A DNA stretch of 64,000 nucleotides, from NCBI GenBank assembly GCA_951406725.2, contig OX597820.1, positions 33,604,001 to 33,668,000 of the forward strand, in the 5' to 3' direction. The notes under the pieces are model-generated. The model had not been told where the DNA came from, ran no database searches, and worked only from the letters and a program-made list of their open reading frames with translations. This document shows positions 26,030 through 37,694 of the stretch, piece after piece. The stretch comes from Octopus vulgaris (taxonomy: Eukaryota). The translations under genes were made by a program, and so were the position numbers. Every line of letters begins with the position of its first letter. Positions within the stretch are counted from its first letter, which is position 1.

Positions 26030-27627
26030 TCCATGTTTTTTTCCAGGCTATGCTATTATGCTAATTAATAATGGGTCAATTGATAATTTAAGATTTTTCC
26101 TTATTGAAAATTGAATTTGATAAACTTTCAAAGAGCAAGAGCTACTGATATTACCCATCCACACCAAATTAATGGCAGAGAATTTTACCATCTTGAAGAG
26201 TACACCATTGCTCACCAATCGATTACAAACAACAAGACCCCAAAACCATAAGTTATCAGTTTCACGTTAAGTACCTAGATTTTGAGTTGTTGATAATAGC
26301 AATGACTGATGTTGATTTAGATCTATCAATAATGATCCAATACAACAGTAATTGAAAGCATATCAGATATACACAAGTGAAAATTACCTACGTTCCCATA
26401 AAACAAAAATTGATATATGAAAATCCCTTCGAATAAATTTCGATATTGAATAATATGCTTAGAATATAATCACTTTATAACAATGCCTTTTCTGGACAGC
26501 CTCATTATATGCCTTCAGGTCTACCCATAGAGACATAGCCAAAAATGACTATATTCTTTCCCCAATAAAATTAGATGTGTATATCTAAAGCATATAATAC
26601 ATTAATGATTAACTAAAAGAAAAAAGGAAAGCAACTAAAAAGAAATTAGCAAAAAAAGCAGAAAGCAAGTAAGGCTGAAAGAAAAAAATTGATAATAAAA
26701 ATTAAACTTAATTGCAATAGCATATTAAAAATAACTTTATTAATTAAATATTAATGTTAAAAAATAAATTGTAGAATATAAACACTTTTGACCAATGCCT
26801 TTTCTGAACAGCCATACCATATGACTTCAATACTGCCCATAGAAACACAGCCAGAAATGTTTATATTCTATCAAGTGAATTTGGAATTTTAAGGAAAATA
26901 AAGATAAAATAAGGTTAATTTTTATACATTTATTTTATAAATTTATTTTCTTGCTATTATTAATAGATTATATGCATTTTTATAAGCAAAAAATTATTGA
27001 TCTCATAACAAGGAACAACAACTACAATATAATCATCTTGAATTTGCAACATGGCTCACCAAACGATAACAAATTGCAAGACACGAAAGCTTTAATTGAT
27101 TAGGCTCATTTTAAGTCACATAGATCTTTGTTGCTAATTGAAAGGAGAAATAAACACTTGTGTTATGCAATAAATTTAATTTAATTAACTATGGTCAATA
27201 ACATATTTATTAAAGCATATAAATAACTTCAATGCTAATAAATTTAAAATTAAAATTAAAAGTAATATAAAATATAATCACTTAAAACTGCACCTTTTCT
27301 GAACACCCTGACTACATGATTCAGTACTGCTCATAGAGACACTGTCACGAGTAGCTATATTTTATTGAATAATTTAGGTTGTTTAAAACAAAACTTAATA
27401 TGAAGTTATTTATAAAAGCAAGTAATCCCCTCAACCCACATTCCCTAAACCCTTCATTGGAAAGCTGAAAAATTGGATTATTAAACAAACTTGCTTACTT
27501 TATTTTAAAATTGTAGTATTAAGAATCCCAATACAAAAGTAGATCGATTGTCAATGAAATTATGAATGTGAAAGATTTACGAGTGTGTAATTTTAAATTT
27601 TAATTGACATATAAAAACAAAAAAAAA

Positions 27628-28070
27628 TAATTTGATGGGACCAAAACTATGAAATTCCTCGGGGTTTCGTTGATAATTCCTTCCTTACCTCAAAGATGCT
27701 GGTGACATATATTAAAATTCGCTGTATAGAATTATATTCATAAAAATGTATAGAACTATATTTCACTCACAAATTTGAGAAACAAACACTCATAACTTTT
27801 TGTTTTAGAACTTCATTGCATGAGATTATTAACTGATACAAAAAAAAACAAAGAAAAAGTATTTAATTTAATGGGACCAAAACTATGAAATTCCGCGCGG
27901 TGTCGTTGATAATTTTTTCCTTACCTCAATGATGCCGGTGACATATATTAAATGTCATTTTATAAAACCATATTCATAAAAAAGTATAGAACTATACTAT
28001 CACCCTCAAATTTGAGAAACAAACACTCATAACTTTTTTTCTTTTAGAACTTCATTGCGTGAGATTAATA
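27628..28070. repeat. Two-copy about 236-bp direct tandem repeat inside an AT-rich probable DNA-transposon remnant
   Basis: taatt(t)gatgggaccaaaactatgaaattcc... starts at 27628 and 27864. Confidence 0.8.
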
Positions 28071-28523
28071 CCATGAAATTCTTCAAATTGAGCTCTATCA
28101 TTTAAGCTTAATTAAAATATAGTTTGTTAATTATACTTAGATACAATTATTTGCCTTATATGTTTTTCATGATATTTTACCTCACAACTCTTTTTATACA
28201 AATTTTTGTTGCATGTGACAAAAACTGAAATTCTGCATGCTTTCTTTTATCATTCAAATATATTTTACTTTTAAAATAAAAAAGTTATTTAGACCTAAAC
28301 TTGATTGGAGCCGTTACTAACTCTCCGGTAATGTTGCTACAAATTTTGATGTAAACTTTTTTCTACTGGACCAAATCTCAATTTTCTTATGCTAAAATGT
28401 AGCTAGGGACCAGTCCTCTTCAAAAATGTTAATAGTTTTTCTTTTAGTTAAGAACTGAATTAGCGACAAGCTCTGAAAGATGCTGTGTGTGAGTAAATTG
28501 CTGCCTTAAGAATACCGTATTTG

Positions 28524-28968
28524 AATAATAAATGCCCGACTTGCACAGAATATAAATGATATCAGGAATTAAAATGGTTGCATAAAAGTTTTACGAGTCC
28601 AACAGCTGTTTCTGGGGGCTTGGTGCCCCAAAATAATGATTGTAACTTGATTTCATCGGATAACACCAGTCTCCGTCTTCAGGAAGAATTTTATATTTGG
28701 AGTGTTGACAGAATTCTTTCCTGAAGATGGAGGCTGGTGTTATCCGATGATGGAATCAAGTTACAGTCCTTATTTTGGACACCAACCCCCCCATAAACAC
28801 CTGTTGGACTCGTAAAACTCTTATTCAACCCCTTTAATTTCTGATATCATTTATATTCTGTGTACGTCGGACTTTATTATATGTATACTTATGTATAGTT
28901 TTTGTATTAAATGTATTTAATATTTTTTTTCGACTTGCTTAACTTGCTTGTCCTTACATTTACTCCTC
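28524..28968. mobile_element. Fold-back element (about 165-bp arms 28524-28690 / 28712-28880) with hammerhead-like motif and a 3' tail shared with 25058-25145
   Basis: Arms are diverged reverse complements. CTGAAGA ... GAAACAGCTGTT on the minus strand of the left arm. Confidence 0.7.
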
Positions 28969-29038
28969 TACCTGCTCAAGTTTAAATCTATTGAGCACTA
29001 CGAAGTGCATTCTATACAGAGAATACCGGTCTCTGTTA

Positions 29039-29147
<109 letters not shown>

Positions 29148-29609
29148 CAAAATGGGACAAGATTGCAAAACATCCGGACAACTAGGTGATACAAAAAAAC
29201 ATCCAGATAGACGATACAACGAAAACAAGGACGGGTCATTCAAAGTTTTCTATCTTTAGTCAAGAACCAGATTATCCACGCAATTTCGGCGGCTGATTAT
29301 TCTCATATATATATATATATAATTAAAAAGTGATATGATTTTAAGAAAAACACGCGTCTTCTTGAGTTAGAAGAGGACACACCTTTCTCCACCTGTAAAA
29401 TATCTCAAAATATCAAATGCTACTATTATTTCTGTTTGCTTTTTTTTGCTGTTTTTGTTTTGTTTAAGGTCGTCATTTTCGTCATGTTATTCGTTGTGGT
29501 AGAAGTGGTCGTCGTAGTAATGGTAATGATAGTAGCAGTAGTGGTGCTGATGGTGGTGGTTGTGATAGCAGACGTGACTGTGTTATTACTCTTATTGTTG
29601 CTGCTGCTA

Positions 29610-30734
29610 TTATGGGGAACTGAAAAACCGGAAAGGAGATTTTAAAGGAGCTTTATCAAAGACAAATGAAGGAAATGGATTGTATTTAAATAGCAGGCAA
29701 TCTGGCTCGAATATTTCTTTCAGTTTTAATTTTATTTCGTCCGGGATATCCTGATAAGCTTCCCTTAAAGCCATCTTTCGATTTTCAGAAAGATTCGCAT
29801 CAGTATTTACAGAATGTTGATGCTTTTGTATTAAAGAAGTCAAAAATTCTTGCTTCGTAATATTTAGCCAATTTTCCGGGGAATAAGGGAAATTTATGTG
29901 AATACTTATGAGACCTTTTATTTGAAGTTTGCGCCAAGTCTTTTGTGCTGCGTTGTAAGGATCGTAGCAAGGGTTTTTCGAGTTGCTATCACTTGAAAAT
30001 AAAATATGTGCAGCGTCCGTCAACTCATCCAAAACACTGGCGCTTTTCGCTTTCTGAATTAAATATTTGTGATTTGATAGACCAATGAAAACCATCATTT
30101 TTTCGGCATCGTTCTGAAAGCTTTCGAGCTTCCCAATAAAATCGTATTTTATCAGACACGGCTTACAATGAGTATACATAGGCATAAAGTGACCATCTGT
30201 GTTAAGTCCATTCGTGATTGTCTTCACGAAATAGGTTACAAATTCGGCAAACGTGACATTATTGTAGCATTTTCTTTGAGGTTGATTGTTTGCGTTTGAA
30301 ACTTTCCGTAGAATCAACTGCCAACGACTGCTCCTTGCAAACAACTTGTCGACGAATGCAGATAACAATCGTGAATAGGGTTCACGGACGAAAATTATTT
30401 TTTTGTAGTTCTTCAAAATATTTTCTATTTGTCTGAACGACATCTGGGAGAATCTTTCATTTGGTAACCCGTGGGCGTCCCCTAGTGTGATTTCGAATGG
30501 GTCTTTTAGATTGTGTTTATTGTTGCTAAAGAAATACAACAGTCTTTTGAAGAAGGAGCAGCCAACCTTTTCTATGAGACAATTAATGAACTCATGGCGC
30601 GTATTGACATATATATGACTGTGAAAAATGAACTTGTTGTTATATCCGTAGTATTTACTAGTGTCGTTCTGGCATACTGCATAAATGTTTTCTTTCAGCT
30701 CTCTTTGACGGTCTGCATTATTCTGTTGCATCAC
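29610..30734 (-). CDS. Terminal coding exon of a carbohydrate sulfotransferase (CHST11/HNK-1ST-like, Sulfotransfer_2), paralog A
   Basis: Intact 374-codon frame. 5'PSB-like CLIEKVGCSFFKR, 3'PB FVREPYSRLLSAF, H..P...C.PC...YDFIGKLE. Poly-T tract plus AG acceptor at 30736-30735 (phase 0), TAA at 29612-29610. Confidence 0.9.
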   Translation of the reverse strand: MMQQNNADRQRELKENIYAVCQNDTSKYYGYNNKFIFHSHIYVNTRHEFINCLIEKVGCSFFKRLLYFFSNNKHNLKDPFEITLGDAHGLPNERFSQMSFRQIENILKNYKKIIFVREPYSRLLSAFVDKLFARSSRWQLILRKVSNANNQPQRKCYNNVTFAEFVTYFVKTITNGLNTDGHFMPMYTHCKPCLIKYDFIGKLESFQNDAEKMMVFIGLSNHKYLIQKAKSASVLDELTDAAHILFSSDSNSKNPCYDPYNAAQKTWRKLQIKGLISIHINFPYSPENWLNITKQEFLTSLIQKHQHSVNTDANLSENRKMALREAYQDIPDEIKLKLKEIFEPDCLLFKYNPFPSFVFDKAPLKSPFRFFSSP

Positions 30735-30779
30735 CTAAAAAAAACATATTTTATAATAATAATAATGATGATCTTAAAT

Positions 30780-30890
30780 TTTGGAACAGGCCAGTAATTT
30801 CGAGGGAAGGGGTTAGCTGATTACATCGACCCCAGCGCTCAACTGGTACTTATTTTAGCGACCCCAAAAGGATGAAATCAAAGTCGACTC
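30780..30890 (-). mobile_element. SINE family 2 fragment
   Basis: Matches the 3' part of 51831-52210 (gattacatcgaccccag...aaagtcgac). Confidence 0.7.
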
Positions 30891-31159
30891 GTTTGTGAAT
30901 GCTGATTATGGTTATGCTTTTGTATGTGTGTCTCTGTGTATGTGTAAACAAGTTTAAATCTAAGTCAGAATAATAGAATTTTGGCACAGAAAATTGAAAA
31001 TGTACGGTTATGAAGGTCATCCCTATACAGAATAATGAAGCCTGGAGAAAGCCAATTTTAAATTTGGACAACAGACAGGTACTTTCATACAATTCACTGT
31101 TATCTAAAATAATTTAAGTTAACAGCACTGTTAAATATTGTAAATAGATGTACTCCATA

Positions 31160-31660
31160 AGTTTGAAACACTTTTCTCCATACGACTATTTGATCGATGT
31201 AGTGGAATACTCGATTCCTCACACGTTATTTTTTAACGGGTTGATCGAGCAGAGTATTCAACCACACCGATCAAATAGTCCTATGGCGCAAAGTGTTCCA
31301 AGCTTATGGAGTATTTGTATCTACAATATGTGCTGTTATGTTTGCGAAGGATAGTTAACGATTCCCTATAGCACAATTTACAAATACCGATATTTGCATT
31401 GTATAAGGGATTCTGACTTACGATAGATTAGGATAGGGTATAGGGAACATTTTGGGATTTGAGGTTTTGTACATATGTTGCTAAGGAGGTAAATAATTTA
31501 AATTTTCGATTGTCGTTTGTACTCTGTTGGATCCATTAATATAAACATCTATATATTTATACTTAGATATTCATCGTCTGAAATTCCCTACTTTTGTTTT
31601 CTCTCGTTTTGCATGTATACATATATACAGATTTTGTATCTCATACCCAGACTATTATAG
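31160..31660 (-). mobile_element. Penelope-like element 3' fragment
   Basis: Minus translation TSLATYVQNLKSQNVPYTLS*SI...CKLCYRESLTIL resembles the PLE GIY-YIG C-terminal CxLCxxE region. Confidence 0.6.
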
Positions 31661-31719
31661 TTAATATATCTAATTTGTTTTTCCGCCTAATTGCTTCTAT
31701 ATCCGTTCAAGTGATGCAA

Positions 31720-32062
31720 TTGTGGCATCTTGAGCAAGTGTCTTCTGCTATAGCCCCGGGCCGACCAATGCCTTGTGAGTGGATATAGCAGACGGAAACT
31801 GAAAGAAGCCTGTCGTATATATGTATATGTATATGTATATGTATGTGTGTGTTTGTGTGTCTGTGTTTGTCCCCCTAGCATTGCTTGACAACCGATGCTG
31901 GTGTGTTTACGTCCCCGTAACTTAGCGGTTCGGCAACAGAGACCGATAGAATAAGTACTAGGCTTACAAAGAATAAGTCCTAGGGTTGATTTGCTCGACT
32001 AAAGGCGGTGCTCCAGCATGGCCACAGTCAAATGACTGAAACAACTAAAAGAGTAAAAGAGT
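31720..32062 (+). mobile_element. SINE family 1, 5'-truncated
   Basis: Core and tail match the other copies. Confidence 0.8.
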
Positions 32063-33676
32063 ATATATATGTGTGTGTGTGTGTGTGTACTTGGAAATGG
32101 ATGCGTGTGTTCAATCATATAATAATATAAATAATATATAAATATAAATGAATACATACATGCATATATGTACATAAATATATGATAAACCCATTGGGTT
32201 ATTTAGGAAAACTTTATCCAAAAACCTGAAAGCGTAGCCTGTATTGTCTCTGTATGGAAAGATGTTGCTCATCTGCTACTCATTATAAAGTGAAAGAAAA
32301 TAGAATGCTATGATTTCTTAATGACTTTATATATATATTATATATACTTTATGCACTTAATACACACCACTCATATAATACTGATAAAATAAACATTCAC
32401 TCTTATTTTTCCATTTTTTCCATAATCGAAAAAGAAATATCCTCTACATATGATACAACCTTTATTTAAATTGCATTTATCTGCTACGTAAATAAACGTG
32501 AATATTTCACGGAATTGCACTTATGTGCATGCATTAAGGGGTGGGTGATACAAAAACAAAACTTAGTTCAATTTTAAAATGCACTTTTCACTATCGAGTC
32601 CCCACCACCACCATCTTGAGTGCTACCATCTCCATCCCCACTACCGCCACCACTACCATCATCATCCCTCTCTCTCCCCTCTCTCTCAATCACTCTCTCT
32701 CCCATTCTCTCTCTCCCTCTCTCTCTCTCTCCCTCTCTCTCTCCCTCTCTCTCTCTCTCGCTCTTCACCTTATCCTCTTTTTCGCTCTCCTTTTTCTTCC
32801 TCCTCTCTTTCTTTTCAACTAGTAATGTGAAAGCTTTACAATTTTCTTGTTCCCTCTTTTTTCTCCAATCACGTGAAAGCGTTACCGACGGTCTAAGTAA
32901 CGCAATGACAAGCAGAATTATCATACGATTACGTATGTGTGTGTGTGTGCCATATGCAATTATGCGATCATGTGAGCGTCTATATGTGTGTGGGGAGGGT
33001 GTGTGGATGCATGTATATTTTTTGTATTTATTCTAAGAACCTTAAATGTAAATCTTTTAGAATGTTCGATTTAGAAGATAAGAGTCAGTTGCTGTGTTCT
33101 GTCTTGGAATACCCCAACATTTTCGTATTTTCAGGTTTCTTTCATATGAATCACTTATTAGATTGGACAGTCAACACCTAATAAAACAGATCCGGAATTT
33201 TTTTCACGTAATTTGACCAGCTCATGTTTTCTGGATACAACTTGTTTTCATATAGAAAATAAAAGCGATCATTTATTTCAGTTTTGGAATTTGTTCAATA
33301 TGAATTATTTATAAATGCATGAATGAGTAATTGCCTTTAATAAGTTACTGAAATTAATCGATTATGTATTTAAATTGATAAAAGGAACTTAATTTATTTT
33401 AAAATGTGTTAAAGTATACGTGCAGAGTCCACTGGTGGTGTTCTGTCATGGCGACATTGTATTATTTTTGATATTTTAAAAGTGTTCTTTCAGATAGTTT
33501 AGTGAGTGGAGGTGTGTGTATGTGTGTATGTGTATGCGCGTGAACGCTTATGTGTGTACGTGTGTGTATCTGCATGTGTGTGCGTGTACATATATAATTA
33601 GTTTGTAGGTTTGTGAGGATAGGTTAAAAAATGGAGATACACGTATGTATACATGTATGCATATTCACGTATTCAT

Positions 33677-34837
33677 TTAGACATCGTCAAAGTTAAAATA
33701 CGTAATGGGGCCTGTTGAGATGCGTTTATCGGAATCAAATATGATGTCCGGTTTGAACGGATAATCCCATAATTCACATTCAGTGCTGAATAGTTTTGCG
33801 AGATCTTCCAAGTCTTTCTGCGGTACTGAATAATACGCTTCCAAATATGAAAATTTCCGTGCTTTATGACAATCTGGTTCACTAGAAGATTTCTTGTTGT
33901 ATTTCGTTAAAATTGAAAGAAACTGAGTTTCGTTAAGGGACAATAATTCTTTTTTTGTTATTGTCAAATTAAATTTGTAACTGATAAGTCCTTTGATTTG
34001 AAGTTTGCGCCACAAACGCCGCGTGATGTTATGTATATCGAAGCATGGGTTTTCGTTAAAACGTTTATTATTTTTAACGCTAAATACTATATCGGCAACG
34101 TCCTTGAGTTCATCTTTGACACTTCCAGTTTCTATCTCATCCAAGGTAGATTGGTATTTTACATGAAGCTCACTGAACAAAGTTGCTGCGTCTGTTTTGA
34201 AATTTTCAAGCTTTCCAATGAAATCATATTTCGCTGAACACGGATTACTCAAGAAGTGTATCGGCATAAAATGACTATCTACGGATTTACCTTCAGATAT
34301 TTCAGACACAAGAAAACGTACAACGTCAGTAAATCTAGTGTCAGTGCCACATTTCTTTGATTTGTCTGGAGCTGAAGGTCTAACTTTGTTAATTATACGC
34401 TTAGACAAAAAATCCCAATAGTCGTAACGCGAGAAAATCTTATCGACGTAACCAGAGAATAAACGCTTGTAAGGATCGCGGACAAATAAAGCGAATTTAT
34501 ATTCTCTTTGAACTTCTTCCAGTTGTTTTGCCGTTAACTTGTTGGTAGTGTTCAATGGAAGCACGTGGGCATCATATAACGAATAAATAAAGGGGCTGGA
34601 AATAGATTTATTACTGCCAATGAAATACAAGAAACGCTTTAAAAACGAACAACCGGTTTTAGGGATGACACACGTGACAAATTTGTACTTCGATATGATG
34701 ATAGACGATTGCAAATAAGTATTGTTTCTGTAGCCATTGTAACGGGAGAAATCTTTTGAGCACAGACTCTGAACGTTCTCTTTTATATCGATAGGAGCCG
34801 GAGTCGATTCAACTGACACAACGATCGAAGATTTCGT
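33677..34837 (-). CDS. Terminal coding exon of a carbohydrate sulfotransferase (CHST11/HNK-1ST-like), paralog B
   Basis: Intact frame. 5'PSB CVIPKTGCSFLKR, 3'PB FVRDPYKRLFSGY, HFMP..NPC..YDFIGKLE. Acceptor ttttaattttcag at 34839-34838 (phase 0). Upstream part of the ORF is microsatellite intron. Confidence 0.9.
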   Translation of the reverse strand, partial: TKSSIVVSVESTPAPIDIKENVQSLCSKDFSRYNGYRNNTYLQSSIIISKYKFVTCVIPKTGCSFLKRFLYFIGSNKSISSPFIYSLYDAHVLPLNTTNKLTAKQLEEVQREYKFALFVRDPYKRLFSGYVDKIFSRYDYWDFLSKRIINKVRPSAPDKSKKCGTDTRFTDVVRFLVSEISEGKSVDSHFMPIHFLSNPCSAKYDFIGKLENFKTDAATLFSELHVKYQSTLDEIETGSVKDELKDVADIVFSVKNNKRFNENPCFDIHNITRRLWRKLQIKGLISYKFNLTITKKELLSLNETQFLSILTKYNKKSSSEPDCHKARKFSYLEAYYSVPQKDLEDLAKLFSTECELWDYPFKPDIIFDSDKRISTGPITYFNFDDV

Positions 34838-35097
34838 CTGAAAATTAAAAGCAGAAAATATATATATATATATATATAATATAAGCATATTAATAGATGT
34901 TTGATAATGCAAGTACATATACAAATGGTGGCTCAAAAAACTTTTCATATAATGTGTGTGTCTGTGTGTACGTGCGTGCACGTGTGTACGTGCGTGCACG
35001 TGTGTGCGTGTGTGCGTGCATGAGTATGTATATATATATACACGCATATATATGTGTGTGTATATATATACATATATATATATATACACACACACTA

Positions 35098-35128
<31 letters not shown>

Positions 35129-35149
35129 ATGTGCGTGCGTGCATATATC

Positions 35150-36010
35150 CGATAACGGAATACATCAAATTTATTACACTAGCAGAGAATCTTGGATTTG
35201 GTCATTCACCCGTTCATCGACACCTACATGCCATCGTAAAAATCTGAAAATTGAGTCAATGTGTTCCTCACAAATTTCCCGAGTCTAATCGCTCTCAGAG
35301 AGTGAATCTGTGCTCTTCTTTGTTGTCACGTCTCACGAATGAACCTTTTTTGGACAGAATAGTGACTGGTGACGGGAAATGAGTTCTCTATAAAAATGTC
35401 AAGCACTGGAGACAGTGGGTAGGGAAAGGAGAAACACCGGCATCCCAGGCTAAAGATGGTCTTCACCCACCTAAGATGTTATCTGTTTGGTGGGATATGA
35501 AGAGTTACGTCCACTTTGACCTTTTAAACTCAAACCAAACGGTGACAAAGGAGATCTCTGTGAGCAGCTTGAGCGGCTTAAGTCAGCGCTAGAAGCAAAA
35601 CCACTAACTTTGATTTCAAGACGAAGGGTGTTCTTCCATCAGTATAATGCTTAACCACATACAGCGCGGATGACATTTCAAAAGCTGAAGCAGTTTGAAT
35701 GGGAAACGATGCCCCACCCACCATATTCGCCGGACATTGCCCCAACTGATTATTATTTATTCTGCAGACTTCAAAACCATTTGGACAGAAAAAAATATGA
35801 ACTCTGTAGACTAGGTCAGAACATTACTGGAGGAGTATTTTCCGTCGCGGACAAGTGAATTTTGGAAGAGGAGCCTTGCAAGTCTACCAGGCAGATGACA
35901 GAGCATTGCAGAAAATGAAGGAGTGTATATTTTAGATTAAAAGGAACTTTGTTTATCTTAATTTTGAAAACGAAGTATAAAAACAGCATTATTTATGGAA
36001 TGACCCAATA
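35150..36010 (+). mobile_element. Mariner transposon remnant (catalytic domain plus right TIR)
   Basis: LDRIVTGD, HPPYSPDIAPTDYYLF motifs with stops and frameshifts. Ends ttatggaatgacccaa-TA. The same terminus is inverted at 60901-60960. Confidence 0.85.
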
Positions 36011-36158
36011 CTGTATATATTCATCTGTCTAACTTGCTTATCCATACATTTACTTCTATAGCCACACAAGTTTAGATCTTTTGAGTACTACTAAGTGTAT
36101 TCCAAACGGAGAGTATCTGATTCTCATCTATGAACTATATATGTGTGTGTGTGTATAT

Positions 36159-36227
<69 letters not shown>

Positions 36228-36260
36228 TATGTAAATATGTGGCAATTATTTGGTAGCCAT

Positions 36261-36321
36261 GATAAAACTCCGAGTTTCGGATGCCGAGGTGGAAATCCAC
36301 GCCGCCATCTCTCCAGTAATC
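36261..36321 (-). ncRNA. Degenerate hammerhead-like motif
   Basis: gatta-CTGGAGA-gatg..gtgga.tt.tccac..catcc-GAAA-ctcggag-TT-ttatc. Core has a deviation. Confidence 0.45.
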
Positions 36322-36592
36322 CGGCCATCGGAAAAATGTTATGAAAAATGACTGTTATACAAAGGGAAATTACTGGGTGATTGACCGTTATTAAGACAAA
36401 AGAGCTATTTGAATGACCGCTAAGTGAGGGGAGGGAGTAAAAATAAGGGGGTAAAAAGCTCATAGTATTCGCGTAAGCGCGTATGTTCATACCTACACAT
36501 GCGCACCCGCACACCCACGTGCGTGCGCGAATACTATGAACTTTTTTACTTACTTTTACTTCCTCCCTTCACTTATCGGTCATTTAAATAGC

Positions 36593-36970
36593 TCTTTTAC
36601 TTGTTTCAGTCATTTGACTGTGGCCATGCTGGAGCACCGCTTTTTTGTTGAACAAATCGACTCCAGGACTTATTCGTTTGTAAGCCTAGTACTTATTCTA
36701 TCGATATCTTTGACGAACCACTAGTTACGGGGACGCAAATACACCAGCATCGGTTGTCAAGCGATGTTGGGGGGGACAAACACAGATACACAAGCATACA
36801 CACACATATACATATACATTTATATACATATATACGACGGGTTTCTTTCAGTTCCGTCTACCAAATCCACTCACAAGGCTTTGGTCGGCCCGAGGCTATA
36901 GTAGAAGACACTTGGCCAAGGTGCCACGCAGTGGAACTGAACCCGGAACCACACAGCCACTCCTACGCCT
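36593..36970 (-). mobile_element. SINE family 1
   Basis: Reverse-complement match to the other copies. Confidence 0.8.
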
Positions 36971-36974
36971 ATAG

Positions 36975-37694
36975 TAAGCAGGAATTTGACAAAATTAAGG
37001 ACATAAGGAAGTTGACAAATTAAGTAAATAGGAATTTCACAAATTAAGTAAATAAGGAGTTTGAGGAATTAAGTATATAACGAATTTGAGAAATTAAGTA
37101 AATAAGGGATTTGAAAAATTAATTGAATAAGGAATTTGACAAATTTAGTAAAGAAGGAATTTGAGAAATCAAGTAGATAAGGAACTTGACAAATTAAGTA
37201 AATACAGAATTTAAGAAATTAAATAAGGTATTTCACAAATTAAGTAAATAAGGAATTTGAGAAATTAAGTACATAAGGAATTTGAGAATTTAAATAAATA
37301 AGGAATTTGAGAAATTAAGTAAATACGGAATTTGACAAAATTAAGGAAATAAGAAATTTGACAAATTAAGTAAAGAGGAAGTTCACAAATTAAGCAAATA
37401 AAGAATTTGACAAATTAAGTTAATAAGGAATTTGACAAAATTAAGAAAATAAGGATGTTGACAAAATTAAGTAAATATAAATTTGACAAATTAAGTAAAT
37501 AATGTATTTGACAAATCAAGTAAATACGGAATTTGACAAATTAAGTAAACAGGAATTTGACAAATCAAGTAAATAGGAAACTGACAAATTAAGTAAATAA
37601 GGAAGTTGATGAATCAAGTTAATAGGGAATTTGGTAAATTAAGTAAATAAGTAATTTGACAAATTGAATAAATAGTAATTTGACAAATTAAGTA
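36975..37694. repeat. Minisatellite, about 25-bp unit (aggaatttgacaaattaagtaaata), about 29 copies
   Basis: Direct reading of degenerate tandem units. Confidence 0.92.

Noticed and set aside
30850-31092. Mildly hydrophobic minus-strand ORF as the missing transmembrane exon of paralog A
   Set aside because: It starts at TTG, runs into a SINE and has no convincing in-phase GT donor. Not fully excluded without transcripts.
31416-31421. Perfect GTAAGT donor on the minus strand upstream of paralog A
   Set aside because: It lies within a Penelope fragment and the phase-0 frame has a stop three codons upstream.
34838-35095. N-terminal extension of the 472-aa ORF
   Set aside because: Microsatellite-derived intron sequence upstream of a clear acceptor site.
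36975-37694. CRISPR-like appearance (short palindromic repeats)
   Set aside because: Units are contiguous with no unique spacers, there are no cas genes, and the context is eukaryotic.
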